Shown here: in pieces, positions 1 to 13,000 of the stretch
Layout: each line of letters opens with the position of its first letter
How positions within the stretch are numbered: position 1 is the stretch's first letter
DNA from: Atractiella rhizophila
Taxonomy: Eukaryota
Assembly: GCA_021432655.1 (NCBI GenBank)
Contig: MU271438.1
Span: 1-64,000 of the forward strand
Length of the DNA stretch: 64,000 nucleotides
Reading direction: 5' to 3'
Made by a program: the position numbers and the translations under genes
Notes under the pieces: generated by a model
Databases searched by the model: none
What the model was told of the DNA's origin: nothing
The model's input: only the letters and a program-made list of their open reading frames with translations

Positions 1-40
1 TCTCTGATTTTTGTATATTTGCTAACTTTTTTGCGACCCA

Positions 41-2632
41 GGCTTGCCAAAGTTGAAGCAGACGAGGATGGAGATCAGGGAGATGGTATGCCCCATTTGC
101 TTGTAACCTTAATAGAGTGCAGTACTCAGTCGCATGGTAGACTTAACGGCTCTAATATGCGCAATTGAAACTCTCACAGACTATGTGGGCACGCACAAAA
201 AGAAGAAAACAATCGTGATCGTTACCGACGGTTTGTCAGACATTGATGTGAGCCGTCCGCACTTCCGTCAGAGGCATTAATTGTGTGGATACAGTGGAGT
301 GCAGAAGATGTGGTCGTTAAACAGCTGTTGAAGCATAGTATTGAACTGGTGGTGATGTATGTAATCTTTAACTTCGGACACTTAGCTGATTTTGTTTGCA
401 GCGGGGTCGACTTTGACGATCCAGATGTTGGCTTTAAGGAGGAGGATAAGCCAGAATTGAGGGTAGACCACGCCCCATGTTATAATCTGTACTGACTTGT
501 TACAGGCGAAGAATGAAGATCACTATCGAAATTTGGTTTCTCAGCTGCCGGATTCATTGGTGGCTACAGCTGAGGAAGCCTACATGTCGTCACAAGCACC
601 AAAACCTAAAGTTACAGACTCTCGTCCACTTTACGCGACTCTACGACTAGGCGACCCAGAGAAGTACCCTGACGATTCACTCGAGTTGAAACTCTCATAC
701 TACAAGGCGACTTCGAAAGCGACACCATTATCTTGGAAGAAAATGTCAATGAGAGGTTATGGGCAACAAGATACTGATGAGCCTCGAAGTTTCGCTGTGA
801 ACAGAGAGACGAAGTACTTCTACGCTCCTCAACCTGTCGAGAAGACGATAGAGTCATTGCTTGAAAAGGAGGGAATGGAAGCCATTGAAGAAGAAGACAT
901 AATGGAAGCTGAGGCTGAATCGAAAGAACTGGAAGTGGTTCCTGAGGAGAAGAAGGAGTCTCTGGTAAAGGCGTATAAGTATGGTAGTACACTCGTCCCC
1001 TTCCGGGACGAAGAAGATTTAAATATGCTTCAGCTTCCTGGAGCTCGCGAAGGTATTGAAATAGTAGGATTTATGAAAGAGCGCAGTGTGCGTCTACCTC
1101 TCCTGATTTGATTTGCTCTAACCCTCCAAGACAGCTTGACCGCGCCTTCGCTATGGGAGAAGTGTATCGGTTCTTTGGATCAGATAACTATTCTTCAGTA
1201 GCATTTTCAGCCTTTCTCAATGCACTGAGCGAAGATGGTCGCTGCGCTTTGGTGCGATGGACGAAGAAGTATCGGGATCGGTGCACTGATCCTAAAATTG
1301 GTGTGTTACTTCCAAGAGTTGAGGGAGAACTGGAGTATGCCCTCTACGTTCGAGTAAGCTTTGTTCACAGTCGACACAAAGCACTGAACCCCGGAAAGGT
1401 TCCCTTTGCTGAAGACGTCAAAAAACACTTCTTCCCCTCGTTGACGACCATCAAGAATCGAGTGGGTGAGGCGCTCACGGAGCACAAATATCTGCCCACT
1501 ACGGAACAGTGCGAAACTATGGATAATTTCGTTCAAGCTATGGATTTGATGGACGCGGATGTGGACGCAGACGGGTATGTATCCAATCTAACTGTCTTTC
1601 CAATCAGTAAACGCGAGAAAAGTGCGGTATGCCCTTGGTTCGATGTCAGTGAATCGTTCAGTCCTTCCATTCACCACGTCAAAAACGCTGTCCTGTATCG
1701 ACTCGCGAACCCAGATGACGAAACCCTTCCAATTGTTCACCCAACTCTTTCCCGTTACTTCAATATTCCCGGACTTGTCGAGGAACGAGCAGACCCTCAC
1801 CTCCAGAAACTTAAGGAGTTATTCGAAGTCAAACAAGGTTCACTTCTCTCTCCGTTTGCACTTCTGTATAGCTGATCCTCGCTGTAGTACCTCCAAAGAT
1901 GTCTGCCACGCGCAAGAAGGCAAAAGTGAACCAGGAGGTTGATGACGAAGAGATCGACCTCGACGATATCTTGGGAACTGCAGGAGAGGACGAAGATGTT
2001 GGGATGCAAGATGTGTCACAAGTGAAAGCCAATGAGTTGTCAAAAGATGAAGGCCTCATCTCGCTCGACGATCCGATGAAGGATTGGCAAGAAATTGTGC
2101 GCTAGTTCTCCGTGTGCAACCTACCAGTGTTGACAGCAGTTCTAGGTTGGTGCCGGAAAAGGCGATTTGGTTTCTGGCGCCGTGAAATCAATGATGGACG
2201 TGATACCAAGAATTGTCAAGGACGCTTCGCGTAGTGCAGAGGCAATTAATTGTTTGGAAGCCTTGAGGGAAACCTGTGCATCGGTAGCCCCAGTTATTCT
2301 CTCTGCTGTCATTCCCTGACAACTTACCGTGCAGGAAGATGAAATAGACACTTTCAACAAGTAAGTCCTTATCTTCCAATCCGTCTCAATACTAACAAGA
2401 AGCTATAGTTGGATACCTTCCATGTTGGATAAGCTTCAAACTGAAACGACCGCTACTTCGTTTCTCAAGAAAATGAAGCAGCAAGGGCTTGGTCTTATCA
2501 CTCGAGATATGGTGACGGATGAAGGGAGTAGGGATTCTGCAGCAACAGAATCAGCTGCAAAGAAAGTACGTCGGCCTCAAACTTCCTCGCGCCATCACTA
2601 ATCTGCACCTGCAGTTTCTCTCCCGAATCTGA
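41..2632 (+). CDS. KU80: Ku80 subunit of the Ku heterodimer (5' end lies outside the window; multi-exon)
   Basis: Spliced exons give the vWA tail (IVIVTDG, GVDFDDPDVGFKEEDK), the Ku core (AYKYGSTLVPF, VPFAEDVKKHFFPSL, FSPSIHHVKNAVLYRL) and a C-terminal helical region. The frame is consistent across GT-AG introns; stop TGA at 2630-2632. Confidence 0.9.
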
Positions 2633-3057
2633 GAGTCAGCCTGTCATGGAGTTCGCGCAACTTTACAACGTCTTGCACTGTTCTGTCTCATCTTCTTGAG
2701 CTTTCATTGAGCAATATATTAAGTACACTATCACGAGCAAGCTTCGAGGATGACTTTCGTGATTCCGAGTTCACGAACGCGTCAGGAGCCTCCATGAGTC
2801 ACTGCTGCGCAGGAAGTACATAAACCGCAAGTCATTCGCTTGTTCATTGCCTCCTTTCCACCATCATTTGGCCACCTTCTGCAACAACCGCTTTATACGA
2901 CTGCTACCCCGATAAATCTTTCGAACTTCTGCTGATAGCTTGAGGACTTTAGTCAGGCAAGTCTTTGAGTCTCTGCCAACACTGCGTCCCCGACTTGGAG
3001 CTGACGAACCCTACTTCCACCCCCCAAGTAGTCCTCCCAACACACTCAATCACCATC

Positions 3058-6000
3058 ATGGAATCTTCTGGGCAGAAAGCCTATGTATTCAAGCTCAAAC
3101 ATAATGGAGAAACTAGGAAATATGGTAAGTCTTCTCATTACCTCTGATAGGGATTTTGGGGCATGGTTGTCGTGAGAGTTACAGTGTGTCTGATGGAAGT
3201 ACTTCTCCCATTGCAGGTTATTCCGGGCCATTCCCAACGAAGCCCGTCTATAATGGAATCTTTGATCGCTCCGCCCAGGTATGGACCCCAACCTCTGTCC
3301 TGATCATTAAATGACGATTTGAAATAGGTGTTCAACATGCCTCCTCGCTCCTTCGATCTCCAATCAATAGCCCTTCCTGAGCTATCGATGAACGATTATT
3401 CTGGGTTTGAAGTTCTTGCCAAAGAACTCGAGGCTCAAGACCTCCTCAAGAAGGACAACAAACACCGAACTGTGCTCCAGTTTCAGGTCTTACCAAAAGG
3501 AGTGGAGCGAGAGAAGTTGCCGGCTAAGACTGCCGACCCCGTCGACGGTAACAAAGAGAATCAATCCGCCAAACCTGTCAAATTCGAAGTGGATAAGGCG
3601 CTCGACGATTTTGGACCGCCTCCTACCCTTGCGGCGTGGCGACCAATTGATCCTTATCCGTCGCCACCATCCCAGGCGCCCGTTGCCACACAAGTCAGCC
3701 CTGTTGTCTCTGTCCAGGATTCGTCTATCCGCCACCCATCCCTGAAGAACTTTGAATCCCAGTTCGAGGCAGACATGGCGGCCATTGTCAACCCAAATGC
3801 GGGAAGAAACAAGGAAAGTGCTAAAGGGCTCGGCTCGTTCGAGCATTTGGAGGAAAGAAAGGCATTCCCTGGAGCTTTCAGCACAGCTTATCCCCCTCCG
3901 CGAGACCCTCCGAGGCCTATCATCCCTCAATGGAGAAGTTCCCTTTACGCTCCCCCAGTGATGCCTCCTCCACTTTCGAATCCAAACATCCACAGATCTG
4001 TCTCACTTAATTCGGGCAGCTCTGGTTGGAACAGGCATCCTGAACCTACTTGGAATCCCCGCCCTTACCCTCCGCAGCCTCTTTTCGATACATACATTGG
4101 ATTTTACCCACCTCGACCTGCTCCAGCGCCGCAGATTCCAGGTCCTCCTCTCCCGCCCAAGCCCCCGCAACTTGGTAACTCGACCACATTATCTAATTTG
4201 GATAGGGAAAACTTCTACGATCCCTCAGCTCGAGCAATGTTGTCTGAGATTGGGATGAATGCTCAAATGTTGCCTACTGTGGATACAGCGGTTACTGCTG
4301 AAGAGCAGGAGCGCACACTAGGAAGGATGCCATCAAAGGGATCGTATAAACCTCGCGACCTCGAGAACGGCATGTCTTCTCGCCGACCAGATTACTTCGC
4401 TTCCATGGGAAACGCAATGGCGACCGCTGGATCTCCGAAGGAGCGTTTCAGAAACACTATGGATTACTTGAAGAAGAGGAGAACAGGTAGGATTAACGGT
4501 CCTATGCTTTTCGAGGCTAGCCTAGGAGTCGACTCGCCCAATCCTCCTGAAGATTTCAATACCAAGAAAAGAGTTGGAAATCCTGTGGACGAGTTTTGGA
4601 ATTTCGACGACGTCACAAAGAGGGACGAGGCATCAGTGGCGGATCAAGAGACCACACCAAAGTTCGCTCCATCGCTGGGACCGTTCGGATCGAAGAAGCG
4701 AGAGGGCAATGCTGAGCCCGAGAAGGGAGTGGCCAAGGAAACACCCGAAAGTGTTAGGAGTATGATGGAAAGTTTTGTGGAGCAGTTCAACAAGTACTTC
4801 TCTTCTGTTGTACACATTGGGTTTCATTAACGTCGTTTGTAGGCATATGGCAGACAATTTCGGTGACTCTTCACTTGCTTTCGAGTTGAAGGATAGGAGA
4901 GAACCTCTCGAAAAGGCGACTGCCAAAGAGGGCGAGAACACGTTAGACCAGAAGTTCCAGAGAGCGGTCAATGCCATAGCTAAGAACAGCGCCTCTTCTA
5001 CTACTCTCGTTGGCGAGGAGATCTTCAGCGGAGAAGGCGAAAAAGTCTTGAAGCTTCCTGGCGCTTTTACTGAGGAACCGAAGCCTGCACCAACAACTCC
5101 TGCTCCTACTCCAGCGCCAGAACTTGGCCATCCCAATGGTTAGTCTCCTCTACTTGCTCGTTGTCCAGGTTCTGATTTGTGGATAGTCTGGTGTGACAAC
5201 TGCCTGTCTGCAATTTATGGTCACAGGCACAAGTGCACCACATGTGATAACTACGATCTTGTAGGCGCTTCTGTCATTTGTGCTCTGTTCTAACCCCACT
5301 TTGCAGTGTGGAGGATGCTTCCAAACTCGAGAGCAGGTGCACATTCCCTCACACAAATTCTTCACTATCCACAAGCCGGGAGCGTCTAAATCCACATCCA
5401 CGATGGCGGCGCGAGCCGTCCCTGAGGTGGAGCATCAAGCAACGTGCGATTTCTGTCAGATGAAGATCAAGGGCACTAGATTTAAGTGTAAGCTTGCTTA
5501 CCCAATTCAGCTAAGGAAGAGACGTTGAATTTGTCTCTTAGGCCTCAACTGTCCTGACTTGGATATGTGCACGTCGTGCTTTCGGGGTGTCAAGGATCTC
5601 CACCCCAGCCATAACTTTGTCCCCATCACCGACCCGACGGTCATGCCTATCAAGCCATTGACGGAAGAGTTCGTTAGACATATTAACATCATCTGTGATG
5701 GATGTGACAAGCCTGGTATGTCCTTATCATGATCCTTTGCCATTCTTACCACGTCATCAGTTCGCGGAATCCGTTACAAGTGCACCCACAAGGATTGCCC
5801 CGACTACGACCTTTGTGGAAACTGCGAAGCTTCTCCTATCCCTCGTCACCCACGGGACCATCTTATGCTCAAAATCCGCCAACCAATCAAACGCGACAAG
5901 AGGCATACGGTCCTGGAAGCAGCCGAGGTTGCTCAGCTGCTCAGCCTGCAGTCCGAACCCAACCGTCTTCCGAGCGTCGTCCAGTTGGTCGATGATCCTA

Positions 6001-7010
6001 ACAACGGGAAAACAATGTATATCGACGTTGATGCTTCTTCTTTGGCTGCAGCGGGGCTCCGCTTCCCTGCCGAAGTGCACATCCCTGTCAGTTTGCCGGC
6101 TACATCTACCACAACCTTGAATGTACCGGTTGCTCTCGCTGAGCATGGTGCAGAACATGTGCAAACTGCTTCTGCACCACCAATTGACTTTGCAGCTTCT
6201 CAACCTGTCGAAGTTCAGGTGCCTGCGCCAGCCACGGTGGATGTCTCCCTCCCTTGCTTAGAAAAAGTGACCTCTGGTTTGCCTGAAGTCAAGTCCAGTG
6301 AGGAAATGAGCAAGGCGTCTTTGGCAAAATTGGAGAAACAGCTCGCGGACTTGCATCTCCCAACTCCCCAGGAACCGGCAACGAAGGATGAACCGCTTCG
6401 AGCGACATTCGTGTCAGATGTGACACTTGCTGATGGGACTTCCGTCTTGAGTGGAGCGATTTTCGACAAGACGTGGAAGATATGCAATAACGGAAAAACG
6501 GAATGGCCCTCCGATTGCAAGCTCGTTTTCACCGGAGGATTTGGAGCTGATCAAGGGACAACATTCACTATTGAGGCAGTGCCGAAACCTGGAGAAGTTA
6601 TCGAGGTTGTTGCGAAGGATATTCGAGCTCCTGAAGTAGCTGGTCGATACCTCAGCTTCTGGAGATTTGTTGCTCCTGACGGAACCAGATTCGGAGACAA
6701 GCTGTGGATCGACATTGTCGTCGAGCAAGAACCGTCTCCCAACTCTTCCCTCTCCTCCTCATTTGTTGCTCCTTCCCTCAGGATCGGCGGAAAGACAACT
6801 TCTGCCGCTTCTGGATCGAAAGCGCCATCTTCCACCCGTGCTTCCTTGAAGGCGAACACCATTTCTACTACATCAAGTCTTTCGAGCGAAGCTGCGCCAT
6901 ACGAAGTCTATGAGGACGTTCAGGATCATGCCAGCAGCGAGGACGGAGAATTCGTCCTGTTGAGCGAGGAAAGCGAAGAGAGCAGCTCGGACGAGAGCGA
7001 CGATTTCTAA
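3058..7010 (+). CDS. NBR1: NBR1-like selective autophagy receptor: PB1-like N-terminus, three ZZ zinc fingers, FW (NBR1-like Ig) domain, C-terminal AIM/LIR
   Basis: Three ZZ fingers: VWCDNC..CTTCDNYDLCGGC, ATCDFC..CLNCPDLDMCTSC, IICDGC..CPDYDLCGNC. FW domain ATFVSDVTLADG..FDKTWKICNNG..W..GRYLSFWRF..FGDKLWIDI. The acidic tail contains EFVLL. Confidence 0.88.
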
Positions 7011-7302
7011 ATTCTACCTTTGCCGTGAACTTTATCGATTTCGTTTCCAATCATTCTTGTACTGTTACGCGGTCCAGTCCCTCCCTTCTCCATTTTTGAC
7101 ATCCTGTAACTTGTATTTTATATAACGGAACAACTGAAAGGTCTAGTTTAAACGTAATATGCCCAAGGAGTGGGAGAGGCTGAAGATGTGAAGTAGGACA
7201 GACTTCAAATCAAGAATATGTTCAGTGGAACGAAACTTTCCACATGTTCAACTACACTACAGTATAATGAGGAAAGGCAGCCGGCTTTAAAAACAAAGAT
7301 TT

Positions 7303-9391
7303 TCAACGTGATCCCCCCCTCATCCTGGCAATAATCGTCTTCAACTTCACATCCTGCTCCCGCAATTCCTCCTGAGCTGCTCTCAAAATCTCCTTCTTTT
7401 CCTCAATTCCAGCTTCCGTGCAGTCCACTGCAATACTATCACCTTTTCCATAACCTACCAAAATCTTGGTCAACTTGGCAATATCCTCATCTAGCTCGTG
7501 ATCCTCCTTGCTCGCAAAGTCGTTCTTGGCCGTCAAATCGTCCAGGTCCGCCTCAGCCGCCGTCTTGTCCGCATCTAGAGCAGCAACTGCTGCCGCGTGC
7601 TGTCCCCATTCGTGCGCGAACATGTCAAAGATAGTCGATGCAGTATAGACGGGTTCTGAGTGCGAGGTGGGTGCCGAGGTCAGAGGTGGAAGCGCGTTTG
7701 CATTCGACTGTGGGAGGGAGGCAGAAGCTTGGGACGAAGAAATCGGAAGCATGGCAGAGGGTGTGGAGATTGAAGATGGAGAGGTCGCATCTGGAGCGGT
7801 TGGGGAGGGAGGGAGAGCTGCAGGTACCCCGCCGGCCGTTGCTTGAGGTGTAGAGAACGCGTTTGAGATCGTCTTCCCTGCGCTAGCTGGTACTTCGGTA
7901 GTAGCAGATGTCGACGTTGCAGCGTCTATTGTTGTGGACATGAATAAGCTACAGCGCAGAAAGCAAAAGAACGTACTAAGTCTGTCACCGTGAGGGTTCG
8001 GAGGCTCCCTCCCATCTATGCCACTTCCACTGCCCCATCGCCTGATACTGCCTGGAGCACGAGCGGTATTGGAGGTAACAGGCTGAGAAGACTGGCCGCC
8101 AATAAATCAGCCATCCTGGACATCGAAGCTTGAGAAAGCAGGGAACGCACATGAGGCATAAGTGGTGTCTTTTGCATTGTTGACTGCAGCTTGGCGGCTT
8201 CTTTCCCGAGATCCTTTTTCTCCTTTTCCTTCCCCTTCTCCTTCTTCCCACCATCTTCTTTTTCCTTTTCTTTCATGGTCGCACCGTCCTTCTTCTTCCC
8301 ATGTCCCTGCAATAAGAAAGCATACGGATCCTCTCCTTCACGGTCGTTTGATTTCTTTGATTTCTTCCTCTGAGATTGTTCCAACGCCGAACCTTGCACC
8401 AGCTCGGAAGATCTTTTGATACCTCGCTCCTGATTTTCAGTGCGGGAAAAAGAGGAAGTTAGTTGTATTGGTTGTGTAAAAGAAGAGGTGAATGGTTTGG
8501 ATGGGGAGGGTAGTGAGGAAGAAGGCTTGGAAGTGGAGGGGGAATCGTCGTTAAGTCGGGAACTCACAGGTTGCGAGTTGGACAATGGTCTTGCTATCTT
8601 CCGTTTATCAGGACGGATGTTGAAGTTGTAAAGAGATGACGATTACCAGACATTTCGTACTCGACGCTGGCTGTTCGGCCGTCGCTCAACTTTCGGAATC
8701 CTTTATTCTTCAGACTGCTCCACCACTCCACTACTATTGCTCTTGCCTGACCGTGCGGTCGTAAATTTATCCTTTCTTCTTCTGAATCAATCCGCAAGAG
8801 GACTTGGAGAGAAATTTCGTTGCTTTCTCCTACTTGGTCCTCTTCAAGCTCGTTTGCCTTCTCGTAGACAATTCGAAGAATGGATTGCGTGTCCCTATCG
8901 AAAGTTGTTCAGATAATTGTGGGTTTAAGAGAAGATGAGGCACTGTATGAGAGCTTTGTCGGTTGCTATTCAGCGTGAAGACGATGTCAAAACTGCTTTC
9001 CGAGCAAGAAACAACAAGAGGAGCCTCACGGAACTGGAGACGCGTCGTTTAGTCAAATGTTAATGTTCAAGAAGCAATACCAACCACAAACTCCCTTATT
9101 TGCGTTTTATGTATTTTGACAAGAATGGAATCTTCTGCCAGACTGTTGAAGCTCTCGATATCTTTCGCGAGTCCAACAAAACTATTCGTGAAAATCAAGT
9201 TGTTTCTGCCACAAGGGGTCCAGGCGCATGTACCCTTCGAGGCTGCTGTGCTGTGTAGGATTTCGCTTGCCCTGAGAGCTACGCAATGATGAGCCATTAA
9301 AGCAGCTGCATCGCGTGATGTTCCTTTGAAGCAATAAGAGTGAGCAGAACTGAACACGAACAAGGCAGCTGGCGTGACTCATAAACGACAT
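7303..9391 (-). CDS. Hypothetical multi-exon protein with an S/P/K-rich middle and a C-terminal coiled-coil-like region; 5' exons uncertain
   Basis: ORFs 8016-8585 and 8594-8797 join in frame through intron 8594-8646 (GTAATC..GATAG), and ORF 7303-7941 follows on the same strand. Further upstream exons can be threaded tentatively to ATG 9391. No family recognised. Confidence 0.5.
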
Positions 9392-9530
9392 TCCAGAACA
9401 GGTAGGAAGTGTCACCGTCAACTCAAATTTTCCACCAACATTGCAACTGCTTTCAGCTTGTCTCTGTAAGTATCCCAGTTGTTTGCTTTCCGTATGAGCG
9501 TCATCTGATAATTAAACTTTAGCGGTTAAA

Positions 9531-9915
9531 ATGGTCCGTCTACAGCTGAAAGGTACGATTCTACGAGCAGGGCTCATGTCAAAAACCTGCACAGTTCGAG
9601 TGCCAAAACTTCGCTACCATCCAATAGCTGGAAAGGTCTGTCTTTCCCCTCCAAAATAGCCCTTTTCAACATTATCTGAGGAGATTTTTGGGGTGACAGG
9701 AATACACACGCCATAAGAACTACCTCGTTCACGATCCAGAGGAGAAGGGGAAGGTCGGAGACCTTGTGGTAATTGAGCACTGCAGACCTATGTCAAGAAG
9801 AAAACACTTCAAGTTGGAAACGATACTCCAGAGCGCAACCCAGTGGGTGGCCCCAACAAAAGTGGAGGAGCAGCCCGACCCACCTCTTGCGGCAAAGGTG
9901 GAAGGGACGAGCTGA
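9531..9915 (+). CDS. MRPS17: Mitochondrial small-subunit ribosomal protein uS17m (not in the ORF track; intron 9636-9699)
   Basis: Spliced translation MVRLQLKGTILRAGLMSKTCTVRVPKLRYHPIAGK/EYTRHKNYLVHDPEEKGKVGDLVVIEHCRPMSRRKHF matches the S17 signature (HD..GD.V.I..CRP.S..K.F). Confidence 0.92.
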
Positions 9916-10069
9916 ATTTTGGATTTCGCTCTGCTTTCTTAGAATCAGTCTTCTGTACTGCTTTTAATGGATTCCCAACTTTGTGCTACATTCACCCACT
10001 ATCACTTATGCAAGCAAACACTAAACTAATTAATAAAACATCTGCAGCAAAGTTCATATCACCGTCCGA

Positions 10070-13000
10070 TTACCCAGCAGAAGTGGGATTCGTCGTATTA
10101 ATGGTTCCATTGAAAGGAGCGCTTTCATCTCTCATCTACCGTCCTCGTCAGCTATGTCTGGTCTTCGAGATAGTGAAGGAAGGAAGGCTAACATATCGGG
10201 CGAGGTCCTTTGAGCCCTGAGCATTGGTCTTCTTATCCAATATCTCCATCGTCACTATCTCAGCCTTTGGATGCTACACCATGCAGTCGCATTCATCAGG
10301 ATGATGCTAGAATGAGGAAGAAGAGTGTGAACATACCCATTCGATCCGATATAGCTTGCTGTTTCCCTCTAACAGCTCCTCCGCTTCCACCCTATACCGG
10401 ACTTGCTCTTTGAGCGTACTCATTGGCTGACTTCTGTCACGTTCGAGGAGCTGAAGGAGTTCTATGGATGTGTGATCGTCCAAGGACTGGAGCTAATGCG
10501 AAATAAAGGTCAGCTCGATGCCACCGTATACAAATAAGGAGAGAGACGAACGACTTTAATTGCTGCTTGACAAATGATGACAACACTGAAGATAGGGAAG
10601 GCTCGGATGCCAAACATCCATCGCAAACATTCCTCAAAGTAACCCGTATCCACAGTGCCCATCATGTGTCTGCGACAAAGTTCAAGCATGTGCGAATAGT
10701 ATTGTTCGTACCCGTCATCTATTCCTTCCACCTTCGTCGCGAAGGCGAGCTCAACAGCGAGAGAGGACAGCCGTGGCACTTTTTGCATCAGTTTTTGGGT
10801 GCAGACCCAGTTCATCGCCGCTAGTCGATGGTACAACACCTGAAGAGAATCGTTAACCACCATCTTCGCCGTTAGGGGGAGGAGAGACGTGACAAACCTG
10901 GAACATGCGGAAAAACTGGTAGAAATGAGGATCGCCGAACATATTCCACCTCCTCTCGTACCTCGCATCCCATGAGGTGCCATCCCAACTCAGCAAATCA
11001 ATCTTGGCCGTCGCAGAATCCTTTCCAGTCACTTTACCGTTGTCATCCACGTCCATTGAAACAGATGCATCAACAGTTGGCGCACTCGCGACGGGTTCCG
11101 AAGCCGCACGAGATTCAGGAGACAAAGAGGAGAGTGCACTATCATCGTCATCGTCTCCATTCTTCTCCTTCTTCTTTGGTGACTTCTCACCCAGTTCCTG
11201 TATTCGCGCTGGTGGTTGTATCGTGGTCGTGGATTCAGAGAGTCGTGATGGCTGTTCGGGTTGCTCGGTAGACGAATCCTCCTCGTCCTTATCCATCGAA
11301 GGCTCCTCGCTCGCTTCATCTTCCTCCTCCGGAGGAGGGACTCGGGCGTCTAGTTCGTCCTGGTCAAGTTGGAAAAAGGCGAGTAAAATTCTGCGAAGGT
11401 ATTTCTGCATCTTGAGTTTGTCTGTTTTTGTAATAGTGTTTGTCTGTCGAACGTAGAAGCTGAGTAAATGGGCGGTATCGAGCATGATTCCCTTTTTCAT
11501 CCCAAATTCTAGTTGGGCATTCGGACGAGTGGGAGGAGATGACTTCTCAACGTCAAACCGTCTCTTCTCCTTCTTCTTCTTCAGCATCGAAATCTCATAA
11601 GTGAGGCACGCGGGTTTAAGGGCCTTCATGTCCTCCTTCTTGATAGTGATTCCCTTTGGATCCAACGCCTTATAATGATGCTGGCGCTCCATGTCCCTCC
11701 AGACTTTGCTGTAGTCCTTTTGCAACTTCCTCCACTCTTCATCCTTTGCCTGGAATCTGGCCATGATGACAGGGATAGTGATAGCAGGCTGTTCAGAAAG
11801 GGATTTAAAGATTTCAGGTGTTGCGGACGCCCCATAGATCTTAACGAGATTTCGCTTAACAATTGAAGGGCTAGGGATTCCGAGGTCCTCAGGCAACTTG
11901 AAGACGTCCTTCTCCGCTTGGGACATTCGTTGGATCTTGATCAGTAGCGGTCGGAGGTAGGCCATGGCTCTGGAGTTCGTTTCGATTGTGATGGAGAAGA
12001 TATGTCGCTCGTGCTCGATGTGAAATATGATCTCCTCACTCGCCCCTCTCGCCTTGTGACCTGGTCACGCCGGTGTTATGTCAAAGGTTTTGAAAACAAA
12101 CAATCAATCGACGCACTAGATGATTCACCCCTGGGCATCTCGGTACCAGTATTCGCGGGAGGAAACGCAACCCATTCATCGTTCAACACGCTCCAATCCC
12201 CTCCATCCCTTCCGGTGCAGACCAGGTCCACCTCCCAGCTCGGTAGCTTGCGATAGCTGATACCACAACGCGGTCTGGTACTCAGATCTACCCTTTTCCG
12301 CTCTAGCGCATCCTCATTTTCAATATACCATTCTTCCCCCTCAATCCTCCCGCCTCCACTAGGAGACAAGGATGAGAGTGCACTATCATCGTCATCGTCT
12401 CCATTCTTCTCCTTCTTCTTTGGTGACTTCTCACCCAGTTCCTGTATTCGCGCTGGTGGTTGTATCGTGGTCGTGGATTCAGAGAGTCGTGATGACTGTT
12501 CGGGTTGCTCGGTAGACGAATCCTCCTCGTCCTTCTCCATCGAAGGCTCCTCGCTCGCTTCATCTTCCTCCTCCGGAGGAGGGACTCGGGCGTCTAGTTC
12601 GTCCTGGTCAAGTTGGAAAAAGGCGAGTAAAATTCTGCGAAGGTATTTCTGCATCTTGAGTTTGTCTGTTTTTGTAATGGTGTTTGTCTGTCGAACGTAG
12701 AAGCTGAGCAAATGGGCGGTATCGAGCATGATTCCCTTTTTCATCCCAAATTCCAGTTGGGCATTCGGACGAGTGGGAGGAAATGACTTCTCAACGTCAA
12801 ACCGTCTCTTCTCCTTCTTCTTCTTCAGCATCGAGATCTCATAAGTGAGGCACGCGGGTTTGAGGGCCTTCATGTCCTCCTTCTTGATAGTGATTCCCTT
12901 TGGATCCAACGCCTTATAATGATGCTGGCGCTCCATGTCCCTCCAGACTTTACTGTAGTCCTTTTGCAACTTCCTCCACTCTTCATCCTTTGCCTGGAAT

